Source of the DNA: Candidatus Sysuimicrobiota bacterium
Lineage (GTDB): Bacteria > Sysuimicrobiota > Sysuimicrobiia > Sysuimicrobiales > Sysuimicrobiaceae
DNA: 64,000 nucleotides
Assembly: GCA_040289515.1 (NCBI GenBank)
Contig: PSLI01000001.1
Span: 1 to 64,000 of the forward strand
Direction: 5' to 3'
Part shown: one piece after another, positions 1-8,852 of the stretch
How the letters are laid out: every line of letters begins with the position of its first letter
Numbering within the stretch: position 1 is the first letter of the stretch
Made by a program: the position numbers and the translations under genes
Notes under the pieces: model-generated
What the model was told of the DNA's origin: nothing
Seen by the model: only the letters and a program-made list of their open reading frames with translations
The model's database searches: none

Positions 1-2
1 CC

Positions 3-1055
3 GAGCCCCTGGCGCAGGCCCTGCGGCGGTGGACGGTCCTGCAGCCATACGCGGGTCCGCTGGCGGTAACGGTGGTGGTGGCCGCGGTCACCTTTGGATC
101 CCTGGTACTGGGCGAGCTGGTGCCCAAGCGGCTGGCGCTGGCGCGCTCGGAGGAGCTGGCTTCGCGCCTGGCCCCCGTCGCGGGTGCTTTCGCCCGCCTG
201 GTGGCACCGCTGGCGCTGGTGCTGGCGGCGGCGGTGAACGCGGCCCTGTGGCTGGCCGGCCAGCGGGGGCCGCAAGCCCGCAGGCTCACCGTGGAGGAGT
301 TCGGCAGCCTCGTGGAGGAAGGGCTGCGGGCCGGTCTCATCGAGGAAAAGGGCGCCCGGGTGTTGGAGGGGGTGCTGAAGGCCACGGGGCGCGTGGTGGC
401 CGAGGTCATGACGCCGCGCACGGAGCTGGTGGGGGTATCGGTAGAGGCCACCGCCGCAGAGGCCGTGGCCCGCATCCGCGCCACTAGGTACTCCCGCTTC
501 CCGGTGTACCGGGGCGACCTGGACCACATCGTGGGGGTCCTGTTCGCCCGCGACTTGGTGGGGGTGCAGCCCCACACGCCGGTTGCGCAACTGATGCGGC
601 CCGTGCCGGCCATCCCGGAGACGGTGCGGGTGCTGGAGGCCCTGCGCCGGTTCCAGGAACAGGGGCAGCACGCCGCGGTGGTCCTGGATGAGTATGGGGG
701 AACCGCGGGCTGGGTCACCCTCGAGGACCTCCTAGAGGAGCTGGTGGGCGAGATCCCTTCCGAGCACGGGGAGGAGGAGCCGGGGATCGTGGTGCGCGCC
801 GACGGCTCCCTGCTGGTGGACGGCCGGCTGCCGCTGCACCAGCTGCTGGACCGGTTGGGCCTGCGGGAAGAGGACGTGGACGCACAGGAGGCGGCCACGG
901 CCGCGGGCTTGGTGCTGCACCTGCTGGGCCGGATCCCCTCCGTGGGTGATCGGGTGGTGGTGCGGGGCTACGAGATCGAAGTGGTGGACCTAGACGGACC
1001 GCGCATCGACAAGCTCCTGGTGAGCCGGCGGCCGGCCGGCGGGCCCGGCATCTGA
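3..1055 (+). CDS. Hemolysin/CorC-HlyC family CNNM-CBS domain protein (5' truncated by window)
   Basis: Frame is open from base 3. Has GELVPKRLAL, VMTPR, SRFPVY, VLDEYGGTAG..TLEDLLEELVGEI and a C-terminal CorC_HlyC domain. Confidence 0.92.
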   Translation, partial: EPLAQALRRWTVLQPYAGPLAVTVVVAAVTFGSLVLGELVPKRLALARSEELASRLAPVAGAFARLVAPLALVLAAAVNAALWLAGQRGPQARRLTVEEFGSLVEEGLRAGLIEEKGARVLEGVLKATGRVVAEVMTPRTELVGVSVEATAAEAVARIRATRYSRFPVYRGDLDHIVGVLFARDLVGVQPHTPVAQLMRPVPAIPETVRVLEALRRFQEQGQHAAVVLDEYGGTAGWVTLEDLLEELVGEIPSEHGEEEPGIVVRADGSLLVDGRLPLHQLLDRLGLREEDVDAQEAATAAGLVLHLLGRIPSVGDRVVVRGYEIEVVDLDGPRIDKLLVSRRPAGGPGI

Positions 1056-1466
1056 GCTGGTGGGCGAGTTTGCCAGATGAAGCCTCATCTCCCGTGGCTC
1101 TTCCCGGGAAGGAGGTCCCGGGTGTAGGGGATGGGCATGTGACCCAGGCTCGTGCGGAGCTGTCGCTTTAAGCACGGACTTGCAGGGTGGCGCGCTCGCG
1201 CTGCGGAGCCAGCTTACCTTGGGTCCCCCAAGGGGTCCCCCAAGGCCGAACGTTGCCGCGGTTATACGCGTACTGCGCGTACCTCGCGCCGGCCACGCGG
1301 TCTGCTAGCTAGGGTTCGCAAACGCCCTGTCCCTACCCGTGAGGAATCGGGGCAGGCAGGTCTGGAGCGACTGGGGCCGGGCATCCAGGCACCCGTGGCG
1401 CGCTCCACGGGGCGAGGCGGCGCCGTGTGGGACGGATGCACCGTGGCGGCCAGCGCCACCACCTCC

Positions 1467-2690
1467 TCACGGGAACTGGAAAGCCACCTTGAAGGCGCGG
1501 TGCGCGGACTTGCCCAGGGCCGCGTGCAGGGCGTCGCGGAAGCGGTCCAGGGGGAACCGGTGGGTCACCAGGTCCGCCACCGCCAGCCTGCCCTCCGCCA
1601 TCCACCGGAGAACCAGCTCCATGGTGCGGACCCGCTCGCCGCGCCAGTCCTCCAGGGCGTAGGCGTAGCTCCCGACCACCCGCAGCTCCTTCAGCCACAC
1701 GGGTGTCCAGTCCACACCCCGGGGCAGGGAAGCCAGCCCCAGGACCACCACCGTGCCGCGGGGACCCGCCCATCGCAAAGCGTCATCCAGGCTGCGGCCG
1801 GACCCCACGCAGTCCACCACCAGCCGTGCGCCTCCCACGACCACCCTCTTACCGAGCATGGGTCTGCGCAGGCGGGCCCCCAAAAGGTCCGCCAGGGCCT
1901 CGTAGTGTCCGTCCCGGCCCTGCAAAAGCACCGTGTGGTCCGCGCCCTGCGCCCGAGCCCGCTCCGCCTGGTGCGGGTACTTGGTGAGGACGGTCACCGG
2001 TGCGGAGCTGCCCAGGGCTCTCAGGCACGCCACCACCAGCTGTCCGATCACCCCGCCTCCGATCACCAGCACGGCGTCGCGGTCAGAAGGCATCCAGCGC
2101 AAAAGAGCGTGAAGGGCGCAGGCGGCCGGCTCACTCAGCAGGGCCTCTTCGTCCCCCACGGAGTCCGGCACGGGCAAAACCTGGGAGCGGTGGGCCACGA
2201 AGTTCTCGCCCCAGCTGCCCCCCGTGTCCCGGCAGGCCCCCACCATCAGGCCCGGGCGGAGGTGACCCTCCGCGGTGCGCACGCAGAGGTGGTAGTCTCC
2301 CTCCCGGCACGGGCCGCACATCTCGGGAAACCCGCGGGTGCGGCACGGCAGCACCGGCTCCACCACCACCCGCTGGCCGGGTCGCACGCCCGGCTGGGAG
2401 CCAGCTTCCACCACTTCTCCCACGTTCTCGTGGCCGGGGACGAAGGGGAAGGAGGCGAAGGCAGAAGCCGAGGGGCTGGCCTGCAGCGTCACCAGGTGCA
2501 GGTCGCTGCCGCAGATGCCGCCCATGCGGACGCGAACCCGGACCCACTCGGGGCCCGGCAGGGCGGGGTCCTGCACGTCCCGTAGCCGCAGGGGCGAAAG
2601 GGGGCTCCAGTATGCGGACTCCCACACGGCACCCGCGGCCCTCGTGAGCAGGTAGCAGGCCACCGTGGGGTGGAAGACCAGGGCCCGCAT
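1467..2690 (-). CDS. Zinc-dependent medium-chain alcohol dehydrogenase
   Basis: GICGSDLH, PGHENVG, structural Zn Cys cluster (C..CGPC...C), Rossmann GGGVIG. Confidence 0.9.
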   Translation of the reverse strand: MRALVFHPTVACYLLTRAAGAVWESAYWSPLSPLRLRDVQDPALPGPEWVRVRVRMGGICGSDLHLVTLQASPSASAFASFPFVPGHENVGEVVEAGSQPGVRPGQRVVVEPVLPCRTRGFPEMCGPCREGDYHLCVRTAEGHLRPGLMVGACRDTGGSWGENFVAHRSQVLPVPDSVGDEEALLSEPAACALHALLRWMPSDRDAVLVIGGGVIGQLVVACLRALGSSAPVTVLTKYPHQAERARAQGADHTVLLQGRDGHYEALADLLGARLRRPMLGKRVVVGGARLVVDCVGSGRSLDDALRWAGPRGTVVVLGLASLPRGVDWTPVWLKELRVVGSYAYALEDWRGERVRTMELVLRWMAEGRLAVADLVTHRFPLDRFRDALHAALGKSAHRAFKVAFQFP

Positions 2691-2693
2691 GGG

Positions 2694-3839
2694 CTATTCC
2701 ATGGGCACCTGGCGGATGAAGCCCCGCTCCAGGCGGTCCAGGATGTCGTGCAGGCTCGGCCCGGTGATGGTAAGGCCGTGGTTTTTCAGCCCCACCACCG
2801 CCCGCCCGGGGTCGGGTGAGTGCCGGACCAGCTCCGCCACCGCCTGCGCCAGCTGCAAGGTGCCGCAGGGGTAGTTGACCAGGGTGGACCGGACCCCCTC
2901 CATCCACGCGTGCACGTGCACGATGGCACCCACTTGGGGGTGCTCCGTGTAGATCATCCAGTGCTCGATGGCGTCCACGGAGACCCGGCGCGGCTGCACG
3001 TGCGGTGGCACACTGAGGACCATGGCGGCCCGGTCCGGATCGAAACCCTTCACCAAGAGCATGTCGCGACCCACCACCCGCATGTGGGCTTTGTTCACCC
3101 CGCTGGCACTCATCCAGAAGCGGGTGGCGTCCTTGCGCACGCTCAAGTTCCCGTAGCTGAGGCCCCCGATGCCGTACAGCAGCTCGATGTGGCGCAGGTC
3201 GCGCGGCGAGAGGAGCTGGTCGATGGGAAACGGTGCCGGCAGCAGTCCCAGGGCGTCCAGGCGCCGGCCCGCCTCGCTCAGCTCCCGGGTGCGTTCGTCC
3301 CCCTCCCACAGCTCGGGAGGCAGATCCGGCTCGAACACGTTGTCGATCACCAGCTGGGAGCACGCGAGGGGTTGAAGCCGCTCGTACACCCCCTCGAAGT
3401 ACTCCGGCGAGCTGAACTCGCCCGCCACTGCGTACGCCCCCTGCTCCAGGGTGACGAAGTGCGTGCGCACCCCATCGGGGTGGCGGACCAGGTACACGCA
3501 CAGGTTCGCCAGGGAACGCACCAGCAGCGGGTAGCCAGACCGCAGTACGTCCTCCGGAGGCTGGGCTTCCAGGACCACGGCCACCACGAAGGTGGCCTTG
3601 GCTCGGCGCCGGTATGCCCGCGGTCGTGCAGGATTCACGAAGTTGAACACCAGGTGCAGCTCTCCGTCCCCTTCCGCACGGAAGCGGTGTCCGTGCCGCT
3701 CCAAAACCGCCCGCACCCCGCTGGCGAACGTGCGCAGGGCGGGGTCGTAGGGCTCGCCCGCGAAAGCGAACACCAGGGGTCGGCCCTCGCGGGCCTCCCG
3801 CATGGCTCGCAGCCGTTCACGCACCACGGTCACGTCCAT
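2694..3839 (-). CDS. Class II aldolase/adducin family protein with about 180-aa N-terminal extension
   Basis: GNLSVR, MSASG, EHWMIY, IVHVH and KNHG metal-binding motifs in the C-terminal half. Confidence 0.8.
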   Translation of the reverse strand: MDVTVVRERLRAMREAREGRPLVFAFAGEPYDPALRTFASGVRAVLERHGHRFRAEGDGELHLVFNFVNPARPRAYRRRAKATFVVAVVLEAQPPEDVLRSGYPLLVRSLANLCVYLVRHPDGVRTHFVTLEQGAYAVAGEFSSPEYFEGVYERLQPLACSQLVIDNVFEPDLPPELWEGDERTRELSEAGRRLDALGLLPAPFPIDQLLSPRDLRHIELLYGIGGLSYGNLSVRKDATRFWMSASGVNKAHMRVVGRDMLLVKGFDPDRAAMVLSVPPHVQPRRVSVDAIEHWMIYTEHPQVGAIVHVHAWMEGVRSTLVNYPCGTLQLAQAVAELVRHSPDPGRAVVGLKNHGLTITGPSLHDILDRLERGFIRQVPME

Positions 3840-3902
3840 GGCCGTTTCGTCCGTCTATGCTCAATTTCCTCACGAAGGATTTCGATGCATCCCTCGGAAT
3901 CC

Positions 3903-4637
3903 CTACCACGTCCTTTGGCCCCGCCGGAGGAAGATCACCGCCGCCACCATCACCACCGCGGCGGCCAGCTGGCCCAGGGCAAAAGGCCCCAGCACGCGGT
4001 ATTCGGACCGCAAAAAGTCCAGGCCGAACCGTACCGCGGACAGACCCCCCACCGTCTTCCAGAACACCTCTCCCTCGAAGCGCCGCCGCGAAAGCCACCG
4101 GTGCACCAGCCCGAACAGCGCCAGGGAGGTGATGATCTCGTACAGCTGCAGGGGGTGCCGGGGTGCGTCCGGCGCCGTGGGGAACACCACGCCCCAAGGC
4201 AGGCCGGTGGGGTCCCCGTACAGCTCGCCGTTCATGAAGTTGCCCCACCGCACCAGGGCGTTGGCGAGGGGGATCCACGTGGCGCAGGCATCCGTGAACG
4301 ACCACGGGGAGATACCCTCACGCCGGCCCAGCCACCAGGCATACAGCAGACCAGCCGCGATGGCTCCGTGGGACGACAGCCCGCCGCGGTCCACCCGCAC
4401 CACCTCCAGGGGGTTGGCCAGGTAAAAGGCGGGGTGCGAGATCACGTAGGCCAGGCGTGCACCCACGATCAGCGCTACCACGAACGGCAGCGCCACCCGG
4501 TCCGGCAGATCCTGCGGCAGGTCCACCGTCGCAGCCGCGCGGCGCGTGAGCCAGATGCCCGCCACGATGGACAGCGCCACCGTCAACCCGTACCACCGGA
4601 TGGCCACGGGGCCTAGCTGCACCAGAACGGGATCCAC
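3903..4637 (-). CDS. lgt: Prolipoprotein diacylglyceryl transferase
   Basis: IRWYG, GARLAYV, GGLSSHG, RWGNFMNGELYG, HPLQLYE. Confidence 0.95.
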   Translation of the reverse strand: MDPVLVQLGPVAIRWYGLTVALSIVAGIWLTRRAAATVDLPQDLPDRVALPFVVALIVGARLAYVISHPAFYLANPLEVVRVDRGGLSSHGAIAAGLLYAWWLGRREGISPWSFTDACATWIPLANALVRWGNFMNGELYGDPTGLPWGVVFPTAPDAPRHPLQLYEIITSLALFGLVHRWLSRRRFEGEVFWKTVGGLSAVRFGLDFLRSEYRVLGPFALGQLAAAVVMVAAVIFLRRGQRTW

Positions 4638-4672
4638 GGGCTCATTGTACGATGGAACGGGGAGCTTGGACG

Positions 4673-6421
4673 ATGGCGACGGTACAGCGGCTGGAGCTCA
4701 TGCGGGTAGCGCAGGGGCAGAAGCCCGCAGACCTCCTGGTGACCGGTGGCACCGTCCTGGACGTGTACACCGGCGAGCTGGTGCGGGACTGGGTGGTGGC
4801 GGCCAAGGGGGAGCGGGTGGCGTACGTGGGACCCTGGCAGAGGGGGCTGGAGGGTCCCGGTACCCTGGTGCTGGACGCCCAAGGGCAGGTGGTGGTGCCC
4901 GGGCTTGTGGACGCGCACACCCACCTGTTCGGCGCCCGCTACGCTCCGCACGCAGCGCTCCCCCACATCGTGGCGGGCGGGACCACGTGTCTGGTGACGG
5001 AGATCTCGGAGCTGGCCTACGTGACAGGAGAGCTGGGAATCCGTGCGGCTCTGGAAGCCCTGCGGGGCTTGCCGGTGAAGGTGTACGCCACCTTGCCGCC
5101 CCTTGCGGCCGCAGCGCCCCACCTGGAGCGCCACGCGCCGTCCGCGGAGGTTTACTGGGAACTGTTCCAGGATCCCCTGGTGGTGGGGCTGGGGGAGGTG
5201 TACTGGGGCAATTTGGTCTTCCGGGAGGATGCCCGGTTTGTGGAGCTGGTGGACCTCGCGCACCGGGCGGGAAAGGTGGTGGACGGCCACGCCGCGGGCG
5301 CCCGCGGGCCGCGCTTAGCGGCTTACGCCGCCGCGGGGGTTACCTCGTGTCACGAGTCCACCACCGAGGAAGAGGTGCTGGAGCGACTGCGGCTCGGCTA
5401 CCACACCCTCGTGCGGGAAGGGAAGATCCGCCAGGACCTGGAGGCGGTGGCACCCCTGTGGCGTCGCCGGGGCGGGACCGTGCACCGGCTCTCCCTGGTT
5501 ACGGACAGCGTGGGTGCCCTGGAGATTTTGGAGGAAGGCTACATGGACGCGGTGGTGCGCAAGGCCGTGCGGCGGGGGTTGCACCCCGTAGAGGCCGTGC
5601 GCGCCGCCACCTTGGCTCCTGCAGAACGCTTCCGGTTGGACGGTGAGGTGGGCGGGTTGGCCCCAGGCCGCTACGCGGACTTCAGTCTGGTCCCCGACCT
5701 GGGAGAGTTCCGCCCCACGGTGGTGGTCAGCAACGGGCAGGTGGTGGCCCGGGAGGGCAGGCCCTTGATCCGCATACCGGCGCACCGCTACCCGGAAGCC
5801 CTGCTGAATTCCGTGCGCACGGAGCTGCCGTCCGCGGAGGCATTCCGGGTCCGCGCCCCGGTGATGCGGGGCGTGGTTCGGGCCCGCGTGATAGACCTCG
5901 TGACCCACCTGGTCACGCGGGAGGGCGAGGCGGAACTATCCGTGCAGGACGGGGAAGCCCTGTGCGGCCCCGACCTGGCCCTGGTGGCGGCTCTGGACCG
6001 GCAGGGCGGAGCGCCCTTCGTGGGGTTCGTGCGGGGCTTCGGCCTGCGAGCCGGCGCGTGCGCTACCAGCATGGCGTGGGACAGCCCCCTGCTGATAGCG
6101 GTGGGAAGCTCACCGGAGGAGCTGCGCTTCGCGCTGGAGCGCCTGCGGGTTCTGGGCGGAGGGGTGGTGGTGTGCGCGGGCGGTCGGGTGTTGGCGGAGC
6201 TGGCGGCACCGGTGGCGGGTGTGGTGTCGCTGGACTCCCTGGAGGAGGTGGCCCGCCGGGAGACCGCCCTGGACGGGGCGCTGCGGGTCCTGGGGGCCAG
6301 GGGGCCGCGGCCGTCCCTGACCGTGGACGTGCTCACTGCCGGTGCCATCCCCCACTTCCGCGTGTGCGACCGCGGGTACGTGCGGGTGCGGGACGGAGCC
6401 GTGCTGGGCGTGTGGGCTTGA
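4673..6421 (+). CDS. ade: Adenine deaminase-like amidohydrolase (divergent active site)
   Basis: PGLVDAHTH, DGHA, SCHES, GLAPGRYAD and an Ade C-terminal domain. Start ATG 4673 follows GGAG (ORF track start 4652). Confidence 0.8.
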   Translation: MATVQRLELMRVAQGQKPADLLVTGGTVLDVYTGELVRDWVVAAKGERVAYVGPWQRGLEGPGTLVLDAQGQVVVPGLVDAHTHLFGARYAPHAALPHIVAGGTTCLVTEISELAYVTGELGIRAALEALRGLPVKVYATLPPLAAAAPHLERHAPSAEVYWELFQDPLVVGLGEVYWGNLVFREDARFVELVDLAHRAGKVVDGHAAGARGPRLAAYAAAGVTSCHESTTEEEVLERLRLGYHTLVREGKIRQDLEAVAPLWRRRGGTVHRLSLVTDSVGALEILEEGYMDAVVRKAVRRGLHPVEAVRAATLAPAERFRLDGEVGGLAPGRYADFSLVPDLGEFRPTVVVSNGQVVAREGRPLIRIPAHRYPEALLNSVRTELPSAEAFRVRAPVMRGVVRARVIDLVTHLVTREGEAELSVQDGEALCGPDLALVAALDRQGGAPFVGFVRGFGLRAGACATSMAWDSPLLIAVGSSPEELRFALERLRVLGGGVVVCAGGRVLAELAAPVAGVVSLDSLEEVARRETALDGALRVLGARGPRPSLTVDVLTAGAIPHFRVCDRGYVRVRDGAVLGVWA

Positions 6422-6477
6422 CACCCGCACGGGGGAGCTGGTAGGGTTGGCCGTAACGGGACAACTGAATAGCAACA

Positions 6478-6584
6478 CCCTTATCCAGAGTGGGCGAGGG
6501 ACGGGCCCGATGACCCCCGGCAACCTACCGGCGCAGCGCCGGCAAGGTGCCAACTCCCGCGGAAGGCATTCCGAGAGATAAGGG
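6478..6584 (+). ncRNA. SAM-I (S-box) riboswitch aptamer
   Basis: P1 CCCTTATC/GATAAGGG, CAGAG, GAGGGACGGGCCCGATGA kink-turn/pseudoknot, GGCAACC...GGTGCCAACTCC core. Confidence 0.95.
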
Positions 6585-6592
6585 CGATCGTT

Positions 6593-6633
6593 GCCCTCCG
6601 CGGCTGGATTCCGCTGCCGGAGGGTTTCGCTTT
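6593..6633 (+). terminator. Riboswitch expression-platform terminator
   Basis: CCCTCCG...CGGAGGG stem followed by TTTCGCTTT, directly 3' of the aptamer. Confidence 0.65.
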
Positions 6634-6646
6634 GTCTGGAGGGTGC

Positions 6647-7582
6647 ATGCGGGTGCGGGTAACGGTACCGGCTACCTCCGCCAACCTGGGCCCGGGGTTT
6701 GACTGCCTGGCCGTGGCCCTGGCCTTGCGCAACGAGGTGGAGGCCAGCCTGGCACAGACGCCGCGGGTGGAGGTCCGCGGGGAAGGGGAGGGCGCGTTGC
6801 CGCACGATCCCAGCAACCTGGTGTACCGGGCGGCCCAGGCGGTGGCGGAGCGGTGCGGAGCGTGGGGGGTAAGCTTCGCTTTCCGCTGCGCCAACCGGAT
6901 TCCCCTGGACCGCGGCCTGGGCAGCAGCGCCGCCGCCCGGGTGGCTGGGATCGCGGCCGCCAACCGGCTGCTGGGAAGCCCCTTGCCCTTCGAGGAGCTG
7001 GTTCGGCTGAGCGTGGAGCTGGAGGGCCACCCCGACAACGCGATGGCCGCCTGGGTGGGCGGGCTGGTGGTGTCCGTGCGGCGGTCCGATGGAGGCGTGT
7101 CCTGGCAGCGGGTGGTACCGGAGCGGTTCCCGTCGGTGGTGCTGTGTGTTCCGGAGCTGCGGGTTTCCACGCGAGAGGCGCGGGCCCGGCTGCCCGCCGC
7201 GGTGAGTTTGGAGGACGCGGTGTTCAACACGGGACGCGCGGCCCTGCTGGTGGCTGCGGTGTGTCGCGGGGACTTCGAAGCGCTGGCGGTGGCCACCCAG
7301 GACCGGCTGCACCAGCCCTATCGGCAGGCGCTGGTACCCGGGTTTCCGGACGCGGTGGCCGCCGCCCGCGAGGCGGGTGCGTGGGGAGCGGTGCTGAGCG
7401 GGGCCGGCAGCAGCCTGCTGGCCCTTTGCTCCAGAGAGCGGGTGGAGCTTGTGGGCGAGGCCATGCGGGCAGCCCTGGAGCGCCACGGAGTCCGCAGCCA
7501 CTGGATGTTGTCTTCCCTGGACGCGCAGGGAACGGTGGTGGAGGACCTCGACGACGGAGGAGGTGGAACGTGGGACGGGTAG
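6647..7582 (+). CDS. thrB: Homoserine kinase
   Basis: VPATSANLGPGFD, PLDRGLGSSAA, EGHPDN, DRLHQPYR, LSGAG. Confidence 0.96.
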   Translation: MRVRVTVPATSANLGPGFDCLAVALALRNEVEASLAQTPRVEVRGEGEGALPHDPSNLVYRAAQAVAERCGAWGVSFAFRCANRIPLDRGLGSSAAARVAGIAAANRLLGSPLPFEELVRLSVELEGHPDNAMAAWVGGLVVSVRRSDGGVSWQRVVPERFPSVVLCVPELRVSTREARARLPAAVSLEDAVFNTGRAALLVAAVCRGDFEALAVATQDRLHQPYRQALVPGFPDAVAAAREAGAWGAVLSGAGSSLLALCSRERVELVGEAMRAALERHGVRSHWMLSSLDAQGTVVEDLDDGGGGTWDG

Positions 7583-8793
7583 CGCACCTGCGGTGTCGGG
7601 CGTGCAGCACGGCGTACCCGGTGGGCCCCGAGTACGTGTGCGAGCGGTGTTTCGGTCCCCTGGAGGTGGAGTACGAGGCCGCCAGCCTGCGGGAGGCCAC
7701 GCGAGAACGGATCGCGTCCGGTCCCCGGTCCATCTGGCGCTACCGGGCCCTGCTGCCGGCAGAACCCGAGGAGGACGACCTGCAGCCCGGCTTCACGCCC
7801 CTGGTGCCAGCCCGGCGCCTGGCGGAGCGCCTGGGCCTTAAGCACCTGTACCTGAAGAACGACACCACCAACCCCACCTGGTCCTTCAAGGACCGCGTGG
7901 TGGCGGTGGCGGTGGCGGCGGCGCGTGCCTTCGGGTTCCGCGTGCTGGCCTGCGCGTCTACGGGCAACCTGGCTCACGCGGTGGCGGCCCACGCGGCCCG
8001 GGCGGGGATGCGGGCGGTGGTGTTCGTGCCCCAGGGGCTGGAAGCAGGCAAGGTGCTCGCTACCTCCGTGTACGACCCCACCGTGGTGGAGGTGGAGGGC
8101 AGCTACGACGACGTGAACCGGCTGTGCACGGAGATCGCGGGGGAGCACCCCTGGGCATTTGCCAACATCAACGTGCGGCCTTTCTACTCGGAGGGCTGCA
8201 AGACCATCGCCTTCGAGGTGGCCGAACAGCTGGGCTGGCGGTTGCCGCACCACGTGGTGATCCCCGTGGCCTCGGGGAACCTGTTCGTGAAGACGGAGAG
8301 GGCGTTCTCGGAACTGCTGCAGCTGGGTCTGGCGGAGGGCTCCCTGCCGCGGCTGCACGGGGCGCAGGCGGCCGGCTGTGCGCCCATCGCGGAAGCGCAC
8401 CGGCGCGGGGACGCCCAGGTCCTCCCCGTGCGGCCGAGGACGGTGGCCAAGTCCTTGGCCATCGGCAACCCCGCCGACGGTTCCTACGCGCTCCAGACCG
8501 TCCGCAGGACCGGAGGGGTGTTCGAGGTGGCCACAGACGACGAGATCGTGGAGGGGATGCGGCTGCTGGCCCAAACGGAGGGAATCTTCGCGGAGACCGC
8601 GGGCGGGGTCACCGTGGCCGTGCTCCGCAAGCTGGCGGAGGCCGGTGTGTTCGGCCCGGAGGAGGTGGTGGTGGCCCTCGTCACGGGTGCGGGGCTGAAA
8701 ACCCTGGAGGCCGTCCAAGATGGCAGCCGCCCCCCGATCCGCATCCGGCCGACCCTCAGGGACTTTGAACGGCAGGTCCTGGCGGCGGTGTAG
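7570..8793 (+). CDS. Threonine synthase-like PLP enzyme with N-terminal Zn ribbon (second paralogue, SAM-regulated)
   Basis: GTG start overlaps the thrB end. CRAC...CERC ribbon, NPTWSFKDR (PLP Lys), ASTGNLA, NVRPFYSEG, SLAIGNPADG, TGAGLK. Confidence 0.9.
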   Translation: MGRVAHLRCRACSTAYPVGPEYVCERCFGPLEVEYEAASLREATRERIASGPRSIWRYRALLPAEPEEDDLQPGFTPLVPARRLAERLGLKHLYLKNDTTNPTWSFKDRVVAVAVAAARAFGFRVLACASTGNLAHAVAAHAARAGMRAVVFVPQGLEAGKVLATSVYDPTVVEVEGSYDDVNRLCTEIAGEHPWAFANINVRPFYSEGCKTIAFEVAEQLGWRLPHHVVIPVASGNLFVKTERAFSELLQLGLAEGSLPRLHGAQAAGCAPIAEAHRRGDAQVLPVRPRTVAKSLAIGNPADGSYALQTVRRTGGVFEVATDDEIVEGMRLLAQTEGIFAETAGGVTVAVLRKLAEAGVFGPEEVVVALVTGAGLKTLEAVQDGSRPPIRIRPTLRDFERQVLAAV

Positions 8794-8852
8794 AAGGAGA
8801 ACGCTTCCTGCCGGCGAAGTGGGCCAGCCGGGCGCAAAGCCCGGGTGCAGGG

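Noticed and set aside
1077..1127. Short ORF MKPHLPWLFPGRRSRV resembling an integrase WLFPG motif
   Set aside because: Only 16 codons with no other recombinase motif. Probably chance.
1262..1462. 66-aa minus-strand ORF after the dehydrogenase
   Set aside because: An SD-like GGAGG is present, but the peptide is low-complexity with atypical codon use. Not supportable as a CDS.
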